A DNA stretch of 64,000 bases, taken from the NCBI GenBank assembly GCA_903813345.2, contig CAIIXF020000001.1, forward strand, positions 13,578,001-13,642,000. The letters are read 5' to 3'. A program made the position numbers and the translations under genes. Below, in pieces: positions 54,501-62,037 of this stretch. The stretch's first letter is position 1, and each line of letters begins with the position of its first letter. Below the pieces are notes generated by a model that was given only the letters and a program-made list of their open reading frames with translations, ran no database searches and was not told the DNA's origin. The stretch comes from Owenia fusiformis. Taxonomy: Eukaryota.

Positions 54501-57500
54501 GAAGGTCTCGGGGTTGGTAACATAGGTGGTGGGGGAATCATGGGGGACCCAGGGATCTGTGGGGTCCCTGGCTGAGGGGTCCCTGGCTGTGAACCCCGGT
54601 GAGGACTCTGGTAAAGAGGAGTCCCAGGTTTACCTAAAACAAAAGTATTGTACATTCAAACTACAACAATGTGTACACCTTGTCCAATGTATATTGCTAT
54701 TTTCTGTTGATCGTAATGGTACCATGTTGACTGAGAAAAGATTCAAAAACCTTAGCAACAGTTGTAATTAGCTTGACAAATTGTAGTGCTTACATTTTAA
54801 AAACATATTCATTCAAATTATAAAATATCAATCTCTTCACTTATGTAATAAAAATGCAAGAAGGAATGGTATAATTGAGTCTTAATTCTAAAAAAACACC
54901 CACCATCTGGAGTGTTAGGTTGACTATGTTGTGGAGATTGATGTTCATTGGGCAGAGTGCTTTGGGGGTCTCCATCCTTACGTACAACTAAAAAAAATTA
55001 AAGAGTGTTTTTATAAAGTCAAAGTGATTCACAGTACCTTCATTTAACACTACAATTTCTATGTAAGTGATGCGGCAATCATTAGAGTTTTAATGCCAAA
55101 AAATTGATTCATTATCACGCCCAATTTTGAATAACATAATGAGAAGGGGTCTTTCCTTTTGAATAATATAATGAGAAGGGGTCTTCAAACCAATCAAAAG
55201 GCAAATATCTAAATCCAATAAATTATCAGTTTACATATAGCAAAGTCATTTCATTTTCTGTGGAAAATTCTCTTTTGTGTAAAATGATTGGAAATCAAAA
55301 AATGCACTTTATAATCCAAAAGGAACTGAAATTACAATCCCCAGGGTTCACAGCACTTCGAATCTTGTTTTGCCATGTATCATTTAGATGCATGCATATG
55401 ATGTGAATGAGAACATACCCATCTCCTTACGTCTTTCCTGTAGTATCTGTGACCTCATCTGTTGTAGCTGCTTCCACTGTCTTTCCTGCTCTTGCTCCTT
55501 TAGGGCCTTCTGCTCTGCCATACTCAGTTGCTCTGGCGTCATTCCAACATCTCCATGCATGAGCCCCAGTGGGGGCATACGTGGGGGGCCTACAGGGGGA
55601 GGAGGCGGAGGGGGTACACTTACCCCCTGGGAGGTTGCCCCGATAGTAGAAGCAGCTGGTTCCTTTTTAGTTCGTCTCCTTGATCCACCATCAAGCTGCA
55701 AATTTAGTCAGAAGTATGCTCATTTTTTACATGCAATTAATTCCTTGCACATTACCTTTACCTATTGCATGTACATTTATACATTTGGGTCTTCTCAAAA
55801 GTGAACTCCAACTTTTTGTAAATAAAAATGTTGAATATATCCATCAATTGGGTCTATGCTTGCCTCAACAGATACTGGGTGTAAAAGGAAACTAAACAAT
55901 ATGTCACTGTAGCTGATATAATAAAAAATAACTTTTATATAAAAATATAAGTTTAGTATTGGCTGACATTTAACCAATTTAGAGGGAGTGTCATGTTTAC
56001 AAATTAGTTGGGATTGTTGGGTATTATTGTTGATGTCATGTTATCATGCATGAAAATTATACTGGTTATATTAAATTCTCGTATGATTAAGAATTATATG
56101 GTATAAGGGAATAAGTATAGGGAATAGGAGGTATTAGGAAGGATCTACGGGGAACCATTTTAAAACCTAAAGAACCGTTATAATCATAAGTAGTGCAATC
56201 AACTTGGCCACATGTTAAACAATTTTAAGTTAGTACTTATAATATTTATGCTGACTATAAACTATGTTCATACCATTACCATACTTATATAGTGAAAACC
56301 TTCACCAATATGTTATAAGCCTAGAATATTTAGCCTTATATTAAGAGTTAGAAAAGCAACCCAAACCGTGCATACCATGTCATTTACCTTCTGGGCCCTC
56401 GTCAGTCGGAAGCTTGCACGATTTTCCCGTGCTTTGGCCTACAAGACAATAGACAAATCACACAATTACACATGCATTAATGCAACTTAAATACTTAAAT
56501 AATAATAATAATATATAAATATATATACTCTAGTGCATATTCTTATACAAATCTGTGAGGCCAATGCAAAGTGAACTTGTATATCCATCCACTTATCAAA
56601 AACTACGCTAAGAGCAAAATCAAATATAGAGTATTTGTAGAGTAGAAAATAACTTTTATTCAACTTGTTTCATCAATTGTCTTATTCAAATTTTCTTCAC
56701 ATGGAGATTCTCTGACGGCAAAAATTCTACAAGACATTAGAAAATATTTAGTACTATATTTTTAATACTAACAATTGTGTGTGAAAAGTGTGTGATGCAA
56801 ACCAGCAATCTCTCTTATGTATGATGCAGCAAACCCTCGTTTCCTTTATCTAATTGACAGTGATCTTAATAGTACTGCAGACCAAAGCCATGCTACATTG
56901 ACAATGTACACAAGAAGCATTCATGCCCCCCTCCCTCAAGTAAGTGTTTTGAGAGAACTAAAAATCCATGAAAACCCAACCCCAAATAGCAAAGAACTCT
57001 GTGTGATAAATGAGCTAATTTTAACAAGTTACATTCAACACACTTACCAAGAATGGGGCCCTAGAATCTGGAGTAGCTTTACGCCATATTTTAGCGATAT
57101 GCTTTGATCTCTCACTCCAGTCTGGATACTGTGTCTTTAGCTCTGGATGGTTAACATTGGCATATAAGACGGGGGAGATAGTTGCCTTGTCACCAAGTGG
57201 TTCATCTTTCTCCCATTTCATAATGTTTCGTTTGTTGTATGAGATGTGCTCAGTCTCTGTATCATCACCAGTTCCCTGTGTGGTGGGCCAAGGAGCCTCA
57301 GATACGCCAACCCTTGGGGATGCAAAGCCTGGGCTGAACTGGCCAGACCTGCCAAAACAAAGGGGAAAGATATCCTATACTATGGTCCCTTTGATAGATA
57401 TATATTGTATTTCCCGCAAGATATACCATGTATCCTAAACCTCCCATTAAATAACCCTGATTTATACAAATACAAATTTTGGTCAATCAATATAATTATT

Positions 57501-60500
57501 TATAAAAATTAAGTTTCATTCAAAGTAACAAGCATTTCTAAATTACAAATAAAAGTCACAACTTACGTGCCAACTTCTCCATAGGGTGAGGGTGGTGGCA
57601 TGTTGCTGAATGAGGGTAGAGTGGTTGGATGCTGTATCCTACCCATGTCCCCCTCAGACAGACTTTGATGCATGGCAGGGAGGGGACCTCCATTTGGTGG
57701 GGTGGCTGATCCAGGTTCAAAACTTCCCTGTCTAGATAGCACCCCAAGGGGAGGAGCCTGTGGTGGGGTAGTATGTGGGGGTAAGTTTAATGAATCATGG
57801 GGTGCTTGTTGCTGATCTGTGTCCAATACTGGGGGTAGGGGGAAGCTACCAGGCCCAAGGCCAGGGCTGGTTGAAAGCACAGAATCATGGGTAAGGACTC
57901 CTTTGAACAGGTCCTCCATTGTTTTAGTGTCTATGTTAGCCAACCCTAAAATATTGAAAAGTAACATTTAGTCAATATTGATAACAGTGAATCATACATG
58001 TTGATAAATCTATATATTTTAGTGGAATAGGAATGTAAGAAGGCAAATGCAATTCAATAAAAACATTCAATTTAACACAAGGACATTACCTTCATTCAAG
58101 ATCATATCAACATTCTTGCCCAGGTCTAAAGTTGGGTTCAACATCTGGTCGAGATTGTCAGTGCTGGAATCACCCTCCCTGTGCTGCTGGCTGTTGGTTG
58201 GAGCATCTAAAGGTTCCCCTGACTGGAGGTCCTCATCTTCTATCATCTTCATCAGTTCATCATCATGGGGCAGCTCAAGGTCACCAGGCAATGGGAGGAT
58301 ATCTTTCAAATCTCCATCATCTAGAAGTATGATGTCAACATTTTATATTTCTGAAGGTCAAGAATTCCAGTTACAAGTGATCATCCCCATCGATAGGATT
58401 TAAAAAATAAGAAAGAGCAGGGGAATATGATTGAGCATTAGCAGAATTTCATTGAAAAAACACAATATAAAGGAATAATAAAAACAGACAAGTAGTCTGA
58501 TTTAATATTTTAAGAATTATCTAACTGCATTAATAATTCTCTACACACCTAGATTATGTGCTTCTTCCTCTTCTTTCTTCTTGCGTTCTCTCTCGGCAGC
58601 TTTCTCTGCTGCTACCTGCTTGACTATACTAGAGAGGGCCTGCTTAAAGCTGTCCTCTTTATCACTCTGTGAACCACCTGTAGATGCTTCAAGCTCTTCT
58701 GAGGCAATCATATCTTCAGTTGACTTGGTGTTGTCTAGTGTGGACTTGCCAAAGAATGCTTCCTGTAAGGTAATATGAAGTTGGGTTAAAGACAATCCAA
58801 TCCATTTTTGTTGTTTTTTGCACCAAACATATATTGCTTATGAAGAGCCATTCAATTAACCAAATAAAACCTAATACTGCTGTATATTATGCAGCGATAT
58901 GTCAGTAGCCGTGTCAAAACTAATTTTTTACCTGAAGGTATGATGGGTAGTTATCCTCCAACTGGCTGCGTCGTTTAGGGCGACGTTTTCTCACAGGCTT
59001 CTTTAGTGGGTCATTTGGACTGAACTGTCCTTCAGGCAGCCTTATCTCGCCTAATAACACAATTAACTCCAATATCAACAGTGAACATGAAATCACTAGA
59101 AAATATTTCTCCAAATCTTGTTTTTTAAATCAATACTGTACAATTTATTCCAAATATAAAACATTTACCAGTTGTAAAGTACACTAACTAGATTTTTTTA
59201 AATAGAAATTTTTAAAATCACCATACCTTCTATCATTTCACCCTCCTCTGGGATTGTTGGCTGAATGGGCAGTGCTGTAGCCTGGCCTGGCTTCAGAGGC
59301 AATGCCTTCCCCAAGAGACCAGCCCTATATCTAGGCTTCACTTTAAAACCACCTATACCTATACAAAAGATAAATCAATTGAATAAAATTCTGAATATCA
59401 AGGTATATTATAGAGTTTAATATTTCAAGTAATTGGTCCTATTAATAGCTTTGTATAATCTTAAGTGTTCCACAAACAGATACACTACATTTAGGGGGAA
59501 ATTAACTAAAAGTGAATACAGACCTAGGCCGATGTGAGTACGACGTTTCTGCTTTGCTTTGACCACCATTCCTTCTGATATAGGGAATTCTCCTTTCTTG
59601 GTCGGGGACACTTCACCATCAGACTCCTTGAACTTAAACTCATCATCAATATCTACAAGAAACGAGACAAACATTTTACTCATCAATTTTGGAAGATCGA
59701 TTGAAGTGAGTATCAATTTGAACACTCTAATTGAGAAATTTAACCTGAAAATAAATAAGTTCAATTGTTGCGTATATGTTTTTTGTCAGTAAAAATCAAC
59801 CTTTAAAACATTCCCAAGTAAATACCTGCATATAACCTGACAACATCAAGATATCTAAAATCATACAATGAAAACTGACTATAAAGTTATCATACAATGA
59901 AAACGTATGTATAATAGTATCTCATATTTTTCTCAAGTGCTATCTCACCTTTAACTGGTGGCTCAGAGCCATCAATCGATGGCACCCTCTCAACAGGTGC
60001 AACACCCATCAAGGTAGGAATCTGAGGATTTTTTCGAGCATCAGGAGTTAATTTTTGCCGTCTCCTGATTGGTGGCTTGACTGTAATGCTACGTATCTGA
60101 CCCATCCCACTCTCAGTGAGCACCACGCCATCTACGATGATGTGTTTACGGATGATCTCAGGCTCCCTTGGGACTGGAGGTGGAGATTCTGGTATAGGCT
60201 CTGGGCTAGGTGGGGGAGGGGGTACTGGAAAGCAAACGGATTTGCATATCATCTAAATATCATGATAAGAGATATAAGAGTTCATTTTTATCATATCAGA
60301 AGGAACAGGCATCTGGCGTACTTGATTTTTCAGCCTACTTTTAATTTTTAATTATTTTATACAACTTCTTGAACTTCAAATCTATTTAATTCTTGGAAAC
60401 ACCACAAGGCAACTTACATGGTCCTGGATGGCCTGTGATTGATCGACAATACAAACACTGGTAGCCCATGTCTGACGCGATCTCTGCTTCCTCCTCATTC

Positions 60501-61647
60501 TTTAAGCCATCACATAATGCATGGAGCCACCTGAATATACAAAATAATGCATATAGGCATCTGAATATAGAATAACATTATCACATGATGTACACACCTT
60601 ACTTTTTGAAAAACTTCAGGTTCTCAGTTTTTTTAAACTGTGATGGATAATGTAATCCTGAGGTAGCCATTCTAGACAGGTGTCCTAATGACAACATGAT
60701 AATGTAGCACTTTGGTGTGACCAAAATTCACCTTGGAAAAAATAACATAGATTCAACCCACTGACAAAATACTGACCTATCACAATGAGTACACTGAATG
60801 ATGAGGTCTTCGTCTTTGTAGACCCGTCTGCATGCTGGACATATAGTGTGACTGTGGCATGGTCCACACTTTGTATAGTGATTCTGCCAGCTGCAACCTA
60901 CACCTGGCGAAGTGGAGCCACACATCGTGCAGTTGGCACACCTGAAAGTACATGTGTTTAATATTTTACATTCAATCTATAACATCAAAGATGTATCACA
61001 AAATAGCAAGTTATCTTTCCTTAAACACAGAACTAATGCTGATTTATCAATAACTTTTGTACACCATTATCCTACATGAAATGGCAGTTGAATATCATAA
61101 AATAAGATATTTTCTTACCATTTGCATTTCCAGTTGCCTTTAGGTACAGTGTCAAGTGGTGGATCCAGACAGTAAATGTGGTAACTTATATCACAGTCAT
61201 CACATAGCAGCAGCTTACTTTCATCATGAGGCTTCCCACATCCCTCACATACAGTACAGTCCAGACATCTCCAACCCTGCAATGTGAAACATGGGAATCA
61301 ATGGGAAATATGGGAATCAAGTCAGCTTACAACAGGTCTTGTATACACTTCAGTCCAGGCATCTTCGACAAGCAACGTGAAATATGGGAATCAACCAAGC
61401 TTCTCAGACCCCATACATTAATCATACCGAGTACTTAAAAGCATCTCCAATATATGAGATAGAATAACAGCATGGTTTTTAACCCCATAAATAATACTGC
61501 AGTGTTTTCAGTACTGACCTTTTTGATGACAACTTTGTTAAGTTTAATGCTGACACAGTAGGGATGATAGCACTGGCCACACTGGGAGCAAATAATCAAT
61601 TCTCCCTCCTCATCTTTACCAAAGCTGCCACATGCATAACACATGTC
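414..61647 (-). CDS. KMT2C: Histone-lysine N-methyltransferase 2C/2D-like (MLL3/MLL4, trithorax-related); multi-exon, 5'-partial (span of all coding exons in window)
   Basis: Spliced translation gives PHD fingers (DMCYACGSFG..CSQCGQCYHPYC; GWRCLDCTVCEGC), HMG box (KWEKDEPLGDKATISPVLYAN), DENNPFSENFQERE, ePHD, FYRN/FYRC, Win motif GCARSE, SET (GGPARYVNHSCNPNC) and post-SET (CxC..CRKWMN). All introns are GT-AG and exon lengths sum to a multiple of 3. Co-ortholog of vertebrate KMT2C/KMT2D; the symbol is nominal. Confidence 0.97.
809..901 (-). CDS. KMT2C: KMT2C/D terminal exon, proximal copy (SET C-terminus/post-SET): LSYDYKFDYEDASKKVACLCEAPNCRKWMN*
   Basis: Acceptor tcattccAG (902-903), 93 nt, phase 0, TAA at 809-811. 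Confidence 0.9.
   Translation of the reverse strand, partial: LSYDYKFDYEDASKKVACLCEAPNCRKWMN
1367..1549 (-). CDS. KMT2C: KMT2C/D exon, SET core (NRGVYMF...YVNHSCNPNC...RGEE)
   Basis: AG/GT bounded, 183 nt, NHSC motif. Confidence 0.96.
1818..1934 (-). CDS. KMT2C: KMT2C/D exon, SET N-part (GLGLFAARDIEKHTMVIEYIGE)
   Basis: AG/GT bounded, 117 nt. Confidence 0.95.
2123..2300 (-). CDS. KMT2C: KMT2C/D exon, pre-SET region (PYMKQFVHSKSAQYRKLKTEWRQNVY)
   Basis: AG/GT bounded, conserved motif. Confidence 0.95.
2482..2612 (-). CDS. KMT2C: KMT2C/D exon with WDR5-interaction (Win) motif GCARSE
   Basis: INPSGCARSEP; motif at 2508-2525; AG/GT bounded. Confidence 0.95.
2945..3081 (-). CDS. KMT2C: KMT2C/D exon, FYRC
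   Basis: GEEMFGLNEPSILRVIES; AG/GT bounded. Confidence 0.93.
3379..3541 (-). CDS. KMT2C: KMT2C/D exon, FYRN/FYRC
   Basis: VGFHVTRFYWS...CCYVCKI; AG/GT bounded. Confidence 0.93.
3732..3858 (-). CDS. KMT2C: KMT2C/D exon, FYRN start
   Basis: RIGSLVFHSVGQLLP...FHTKYYIYP. Confidence 0.93.
4162..4274 (-). CDS. KMT2C: KMT2C/D exon, end of ePHD
   Basis: TILCPLH...SVFRRVYVNRDE. Confidence 0.93.
4637..4880 (-). CDS. KMT2C: KMT2C/D exon, extended PHD
   Basis: WVHLNCLLWSYEVYET...CAACKRKGATVGC...YHVGCA. Confidence 0.95.
6730..6875 (+). repeat. Old dispersed repeat (AAAATGTCACCA..TTTGTTACAGAC.. / GGTGGTGACATAAA); representative copy
   Basis: Related copies at about 8618-8710, 20968-21060, 23205-23340, 41515-41942; 3' ends at about 10483-10498 and 15898-15915. 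Confidence 0.65.
7129..7238 (-). CDS. KMT2C: KMT2C/D exon, ePHD start
   Basis: DTRKCILCLEEGDQPTNGPAR. Confidence 0.93.
9230..9334 (-). CDS. KMT2C: KMT2C/D exon (VVTKKWKGKRYKRWD)
   Basis: KKWKG motif, 105 nt, phase 0-0. Confidence 0.88.
9668..9964 (-). CDS. KMT2C: KMT2C/D exon, low complexity
   Basis: Open 297 nt, AG/GT bounded, phase 0-0. Confidence 0.85.
10297..10380 (-). CDS. KMT2C: KMT2C/D exon, second half of FCS-type zinc finger (ENDELTFCSVNCCMQF)
   Basis: 84 nt, AG/GT bounded; FCSxxC pairs with CRHC in exon 30099-30238. Confidence 0.88.
12640..13686 (+). CDS. Nested class A (rhodopsin-like) GPCR with uninterrupted CDS, FMRFamide/sex-peptide-receptor-like orphan, 348 aa
   Basis: Seven hydrophobic segments; TM1 GTLGN, TM2 LAVSD, TM3 Cys and TVERLVAV, TM5 VPF, TM6 FTAP, TM7 NSALNFILY, helix 8 PKFRREV; good ATG context (AAAATGG); AATAAA at about 13904. 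Confidence 0.93.
   Translation: MVKLEDMPNEIHAENLWLYLSPVILLIGTLGNGLVIFVLTRKAMRTSMSSIYLICLAVSDFCVLYTGLLRQWIRRIGIWDGETESYIHTDIRVLSETGCRFHIFMVYYSLHMSAWIIVCFTVERLVAVYFPLKSKRICRRLTVVVCVISTAVLLIILNGHFFWTYKLNILKLPFPPFREFRFCRAKDKEFPFIWRKIHMWVGSFVPFIIMLMLNGLIVIKLFLLKHKSTVKSTKGISATSTTITLFGVTLMFLIFTAPLALYLAFTGTWYQADDVPTVANKDLHFALVNMFQYLNSALNFILYSLTSPKFRREVTSLFCKKCVKNNAIGAFTAGESTVKPPVTGTTHT
16945..17490. mobile_element. Palindrome-rich non-autonomous element between the two GPCRs
   Basis: Near-perfect hairpin at 16959-17072; second palindromic block at 17365-17425; TTTATCCTATA / TATGGGATAAA inverted ends; CpG-richer than flanks. Confidence 0.7.
18272..19345 (+). CDS. Second nested class A GPCR with uninterrupted CDS, divergent paralog of 12640-13686, 357 aa
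   Basis: 7TM; N-glycosylation sequon NST, GNYGN, SLERF. Motifs shared with its neighbour: SP..GN, GL.RQWI, AW, LN.HF.W, IHM, QY..SA. Cys cluster CGCC after helix 8. Confidence 0.9.
   Translation: MSNSTGQYDAVQTDLLWYYISPILIVLGNYGNILSIVTIMLQRSLKKLPCSYFMTSLALSHIAILDTGLMRQWILRLPGNIDVRTMSDLGCGLHLMFTYFSLQFAAWMLVGLSLERFMSVLHYNKWKWTKKQSLVYILIVLTLLLGLNLHFLWSFQLKSQDGTDLKLCIVTKPAYIKWALTEFRTIHMVLAYIAPLVLTLLFLGLIGLTVWRRKRPFNASKGPTWTLYVLIILFILTTTPMALYMVLNGLWYNTNESYSDLGFAIVSLIQYTYSAVIILVYLTWYVFRWELKLLLCGCCPYVEKDLISMGDHMSTNTTTSTSVDDKLSTTLQVPHVTSSRRSSQSFKSSRRSSQSFN
21615..22997 (+). mobile_element. Helentron/HINE (DINE-1/Pearl-like) non-autonomous element with internal tandem array (~138/148-bp alternating units)
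   Basis: Subterminal inverted repeats ATCCCATCGAAC (21651-21662) and GTTCGATGGGAT (22981-22992); six repeat units at 21860-22680; GGAC microsatellite near 22940. Outer boundaries approximate. Confidence 0.78.
24685..24702. repeat. (CT)n microsatellite
   Basis: Nine consecutive CT units. Confidence 0.8.
27086..27183. mobile_element. 98-bp PIF/Harbinger (Tourist-like) MITE, TAA TSD
   Basis: AGCTAAGTTCACACCAAC ... GTTGGTGTGAACTTAGCT flanked by TAA (27083-85, 27184-86). Confidence 0.85.
27620..27920 (+). mobile_element. 3' fragment of the same HINE family as 21615-22997
   Basis: Close match to 22740-22995, including GGAC microsatellite and GTTCGATGGGATAA. Shorter remnants at about 2688-2758 and 38480-38533; degenerate GACA tract at 27390-27520. 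Confidence 0.8.
30099..30238 (-). CDS. KMT2C: KMT2C/D exon, first half of FCS-type zinc finger (KFCRHCD)
   Basis: AG/GT bounded, 140 nt; precedes the 19.7-kb intron. Confidence 0.9.
30436..30589 (-). CDS. KMT2C: KMT2C/D exon with LxxLL (VSVTLTVSEHAAKDIGNVISALADLLKI)
   Basis: Conserved family block; AG/GT bounded. Confidence 0.92.
30868..31067 (-). CDS. KMT2C: KMT2C/D exon
   Basis: Open, phase-consistent, 200 nt. Confidence 0.87.
31085..31192. repeat. Short degenerate ~16-bp tandem repeat (GAATCATGCAATGTGG)
   Basis: About six copies visible. Confidence 0.7.
31485..31654 (-). CDS. KMT2C: KMT2C/D exon (SPDTIISSSSPE...SPLVPIIAPIP)
   Basis: Family-like SSSPE motif, phase-consistent. Confidence 0.9.
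31827..32545. mobile_element. Degenerate foldback/MITE-type DNA element with long TIRs
   Basis: GAAAGGAGCATGTAGGTTATCGCAAACAATTT / AAATTGTTTGCGATAACCTACGTGCTCCTTTC, plus further inverted matches (32007-32058 vs 32310-32368); no clear TSD. Confidence 0.78.
32638..32785 (-). CDS. KMT2C: KMT2C/D exon
   Basis: 148 nt; needed to bridge phase 1 to phase 2. Confidence 0.87.
33166..33351 (-). CDS. KMT2C: KMT2C/D exon (LRGQYGNARIDHIPDFY)
   Basis: AG/GT bounded, phase 1-1. Confidence 0.9.
33482..33943 (-). CDS. KMT2C: KMT2C/D exon with poly-Lys NLS-like run (donor at 33482 or 33470)
   Basis: KKKKKKK; two in-frame GTAAAT donors. Confidence 0.88.
34418..34562 (-). CDS. KMT2C: KMT2C/D exon (LTPEQQRQLAMIESMP; donor at 34418 or 34397)
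   Basis: Open, two in-frame GTAAGA donors. Confidence 0.87.
34894..35054 (-). CDS. KMT2C: KMT2C/D exon with LxxLL (QNMLLKKLLA)
   Basis: AG/GT bounded, nuclear-receptor-box-like motif. Confidence 0.9.
35200..35613 (-). CDS. KMT2C: KMT2C/D exon, low complexity
   Basis: 414 nt open, phase 1-1. Confidence 0.88.
36455..36622 (-). CDS. KMT2C: KMT2C/D probable cassette exon (YPNHLAPNYP...KPIRKSRKRRTKKQAAAA)
   Basis: 168 nt open, AG/GT bounded, phase 1-1, GC-rich block in an AT-rich intron. Confidence 0.7.
   Translation of the reverse strand, partial: GTLITWLQITLPMLNTLPTQTWMKSLFARAGNAELRNRPRQHPPIRLMPSKWLPR
36770..36931 (-). CDS. KMT2C: KMT2C/D exon
   Basis: 162 nt open, phase 1-1. Confidence 0.82.
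37085..37534 (-). CDS. KMT2C: KMT2C/D exon with (Y/F)PG(E/D)PRQP octapeptide repeats
   Basis: 450 nt, 24-nt coding tandem repeat. Confidence 0.88.
37672..37810 (-). CDS. KMT2C: KMT2C/D exon (DENNPFSENFQERERK)
   Basis: Conserved NNPFS motif of KMT2C. Confidence 0.92.
39305..39383. mobile_element. Tiny MITE-like remnant with CAGGGGCC..GTT / AACGGCCCCTG inverted ends
   Basis: Imperfect TIR around an AT-rich core; no TSD confirmed. Confidence 0.55.
39394..39519 (-). CDS. KMT2C: KMT2C/D exon, possible cassette (FHEEFMQQKMGWPRPGGPPP)
   Basis: 126 nt open, phase 0-0, GTAAGT donor. Confidence 0.78.
40136..40504 (-). CDS. KMT2C: KMT2C/D exon with MMPQSPSP repeats
   Basis: 369 nt, phase 0-0. Confidence 0.88.
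42138..42293 (-). CDS. KMT2C: KMT2C/D exon, coiled coil (AKKNGNELS...KQLEHFRKQQ)
   Basis: Conserved coiled-coil block. Confidence 0.92.
42591..42739 (-). CDS. KMT2C: KMT2C/D exon, coiled coil (HEEWL...KKSKKQLTAKQRQ)
   Basis: Conserved block. Confidence 0.92.
43129..43464 (-). CDS. KMT2C: KMT2C/D exon, Pro-rich
   Basis: 336 nt, phase 1-1. Confidence 0.88.
43505..45167 (+). mobile_element. Helentron/HINE-like element with ~162-bp internal tandem array
   Basis: Subterminal inverted repeats ATGTCCCCACC (43528-43538) and GGTGGGGACAT (45152-45162); about 6.5 units at 43575-44600; (GACG/GACA)n at 45072-45120; hairpin CCACActaTGTGG. Outer boundaries approximate. Confidence 0.8.
45426..45564 (-). 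CDS. KMT2C: KMT2C/D exon (ERLEQ...LLTDADFDKLKVDV)
   Basis: AG/GT bounded; continues PLLLEDLLEQ. Confidence 0.9.
46004..49038 (-). CDS. KMT2C: KMT2C/D giant exon (3035 nt), disordered, LxxLL motifs at both ends
   Basis: ORF 45965-49030; LEDLL near start and PLLLEDLLEQ at end; AG at 49039-40, GT at 46002-03. Confidence 0.94.
49265..49571 (-). CDS. KMT2C: KMT2C/D exon, Pro/Gln-rich
   Basis: 307 nt, phase 0-1. Confidence 0.88.
49776..49960 (-). CDS. KMT2C: KMT2C/D exon (alternative in-frame acceptor at 49954 possible)
   Basis: Phase 1-0, open. Confidence 0.85.
50087..50597 (-). CDS. KMT2C: KMT2C/D exon (QHLRELLAKQ; RPPPGYPG; RPRGPPGEF repeats)
   Basis: 511 nt, LxxLL motif. Confidence 0.9.
51094..52800. 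mobile_element. Non-autonomous DNA transposon, ~315-bp TIRs, CAC...GTG termini, 5-bp TSD TAGAT (Transib/RAG-like signature)
   Basis: CACCCTGGGTATAGTCTGTCACGTGAC at 51094, mirrored ending at 52800; TAGAT at 51089-51093 and 52801-52805; no long ORF. Confidence 0.9.
51793..52011. mobile_element. 219-bp MITE nested in the element above; ~65-bp TIRs, CACCCTTGGTATA termini, 5-bp TSD ATCCC
   Basis: CACCCTTGGTATACGCAGCTGAC ... GTCAGCTGCGTATACCAAGGGTG; ATCCC at 51788-51792 and 52012-52016. Confidence 0.9.
52963..53061 (-). CDS. KMT2C: KMT2C/D probable cassette exon (LRQIFRRPPLGGPNMWPNQG)
   Basis: 99 nt open, phase 0-0, GTAAGT donor. Confidence 0.75.
53900..54633 (-). CDS. KMT2C: KMT2C/D exon, Pro/Ser-rich with DPF/DPY motifs
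   Basis: 734 nt; DP(F/Y) motifs resemble the KMT2C central region. Confidence 0.9.
54904..54987 (-). CDS. KMT2C: KMT2C/D probable small exon (VRKDGDPQSTLPNEHQSPQHSQPNTPD)
   Basis: 84 nt open, strong T-tract acceptor, phase 1-1. Confidence 0.7.
55419..55695 (-). CDS. KMT2C: KMT2C/D exon (EQERQWKQLQQMR)
   Basis: 277 nt, phase 0-1. Confidence 0.9.
56388..56438 (-). CDS. KMT2C: KMT2C/D small exon, end of HMG box (AKARENRASFR)
   Basis: 51 nt; KAR(D/E)NRA motif. Confidence 0.9.
57048..57348 (-). CDS. KMT2C: KMT2C/D exon, HMG box
   Basis: KWEKDEPLGDKATISPVLYANVNHPELKTQYPDWSERSKHIAKIWRK. Confidence 0.95.
57567..57945 (-). CDS. KMT2C: KMT2C/D exon (MEDLFKGVL)
   Basis: 379 nt, phase 1-2. Confidence 0.9.
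58090..58320 (-). CDS. KMT2C: KMT2C/D exon, acidic
   Basis: 231 nt, phase 1-1. Confidence 0.85.
58549..58762 (-). CDS. KMT2C: KMT2C/D exon (EAFFGKSTLD)
   Basis: Completes conserved YPSYLQEAFFGK. Confidence 0.92.
58932..59050 (-). CDS. KMT2C: KMT2C/D exon (KRRSQLEDNYPSYLQ)
   Basis: Conserved motif. Confidence 0.92.
59227..59358 (-). CDS. KMT2C: KMT2C/D exon (GIGGFKVKPR)
   Basis: Conserved GIGGF motif. Confidence 0.9.
59524..59652 (-). CDS. KMT2C: KMT2C/D exon
   Basis: 129 nt, phase 1-1. Confidence 0.85.
   Translation of the reverse strand: MLMMSLSSRSLMVKCPRPRKENSLYQKEWWSKQSRNVVLTSA
59949..60224 (-). CDS. KMT2C: KMT2C/D exon (DGVVLTESGM)
   Basis: Conserved DGV.LTESGM motif. Confidence 0.92.
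60418..60530 (-). CDS. KMT2C: KMT2C/D exon, PHD finger end (WLHALCDGL...GYQCLYCR)
   Basis: PHD Cys/His pattern. Confidence 0.94.
60777..60941 (-). CDS. KMT2C: KMT2C/D exon, PHD fingers
   Basis: CANCTMCGSTSPG...CPAC...CTHCDR. Confidence 0.94.
61119..61276 (-). CDS. KMT2C: KMT2C/D exon, PHD finger
   Basis: GWRCLDCTVCEGC...LCDDCDISYHIYCLDPPL..VPKGNWKCKW. Confidence 0.96.
61519..61647 (-). CDS. KMT2C: KMT2C/D exon, first PHD of the second PHD cluster (most 5' exon recognised in window)
   Basis: DMCYACGSFGKDEEGELIICSQCGQCYHPYCV. Confidence 0.96.
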
Positions 61648-62037
61648 CTGAAATGGCACAAGAGACATGTTAGTGTGTGCCAAATTGCTTTCTAAGTGGC
61701 TTAGTTAGGCTAAACCTATGTTGTGGTAGCTTACTATGAATTGACCCATAGTCATTTTAGATTGATCTATTATCTATTCATTTTTACTTGTCTGCAGTCA
61801 AAATAGTGACACGAAAGGGCTAAACGGCTTGCACCAAGGTGCGACCGTCAAAAAGATGAGTTTGAAAAATATACATTTTTTTAAATAATACTTGCAAGTA
61901 TACAAAATAAGATGCAAATTTGATATTGATGTGTAATGATAGTCCGTTCGGGTGTGGTAATTTTATGAAAAACAATTATGGTAAAAAATTGGATATTTAT
62001 GACCTTAAAATGCGATTTCTATTAAAAAGTTACTGTT

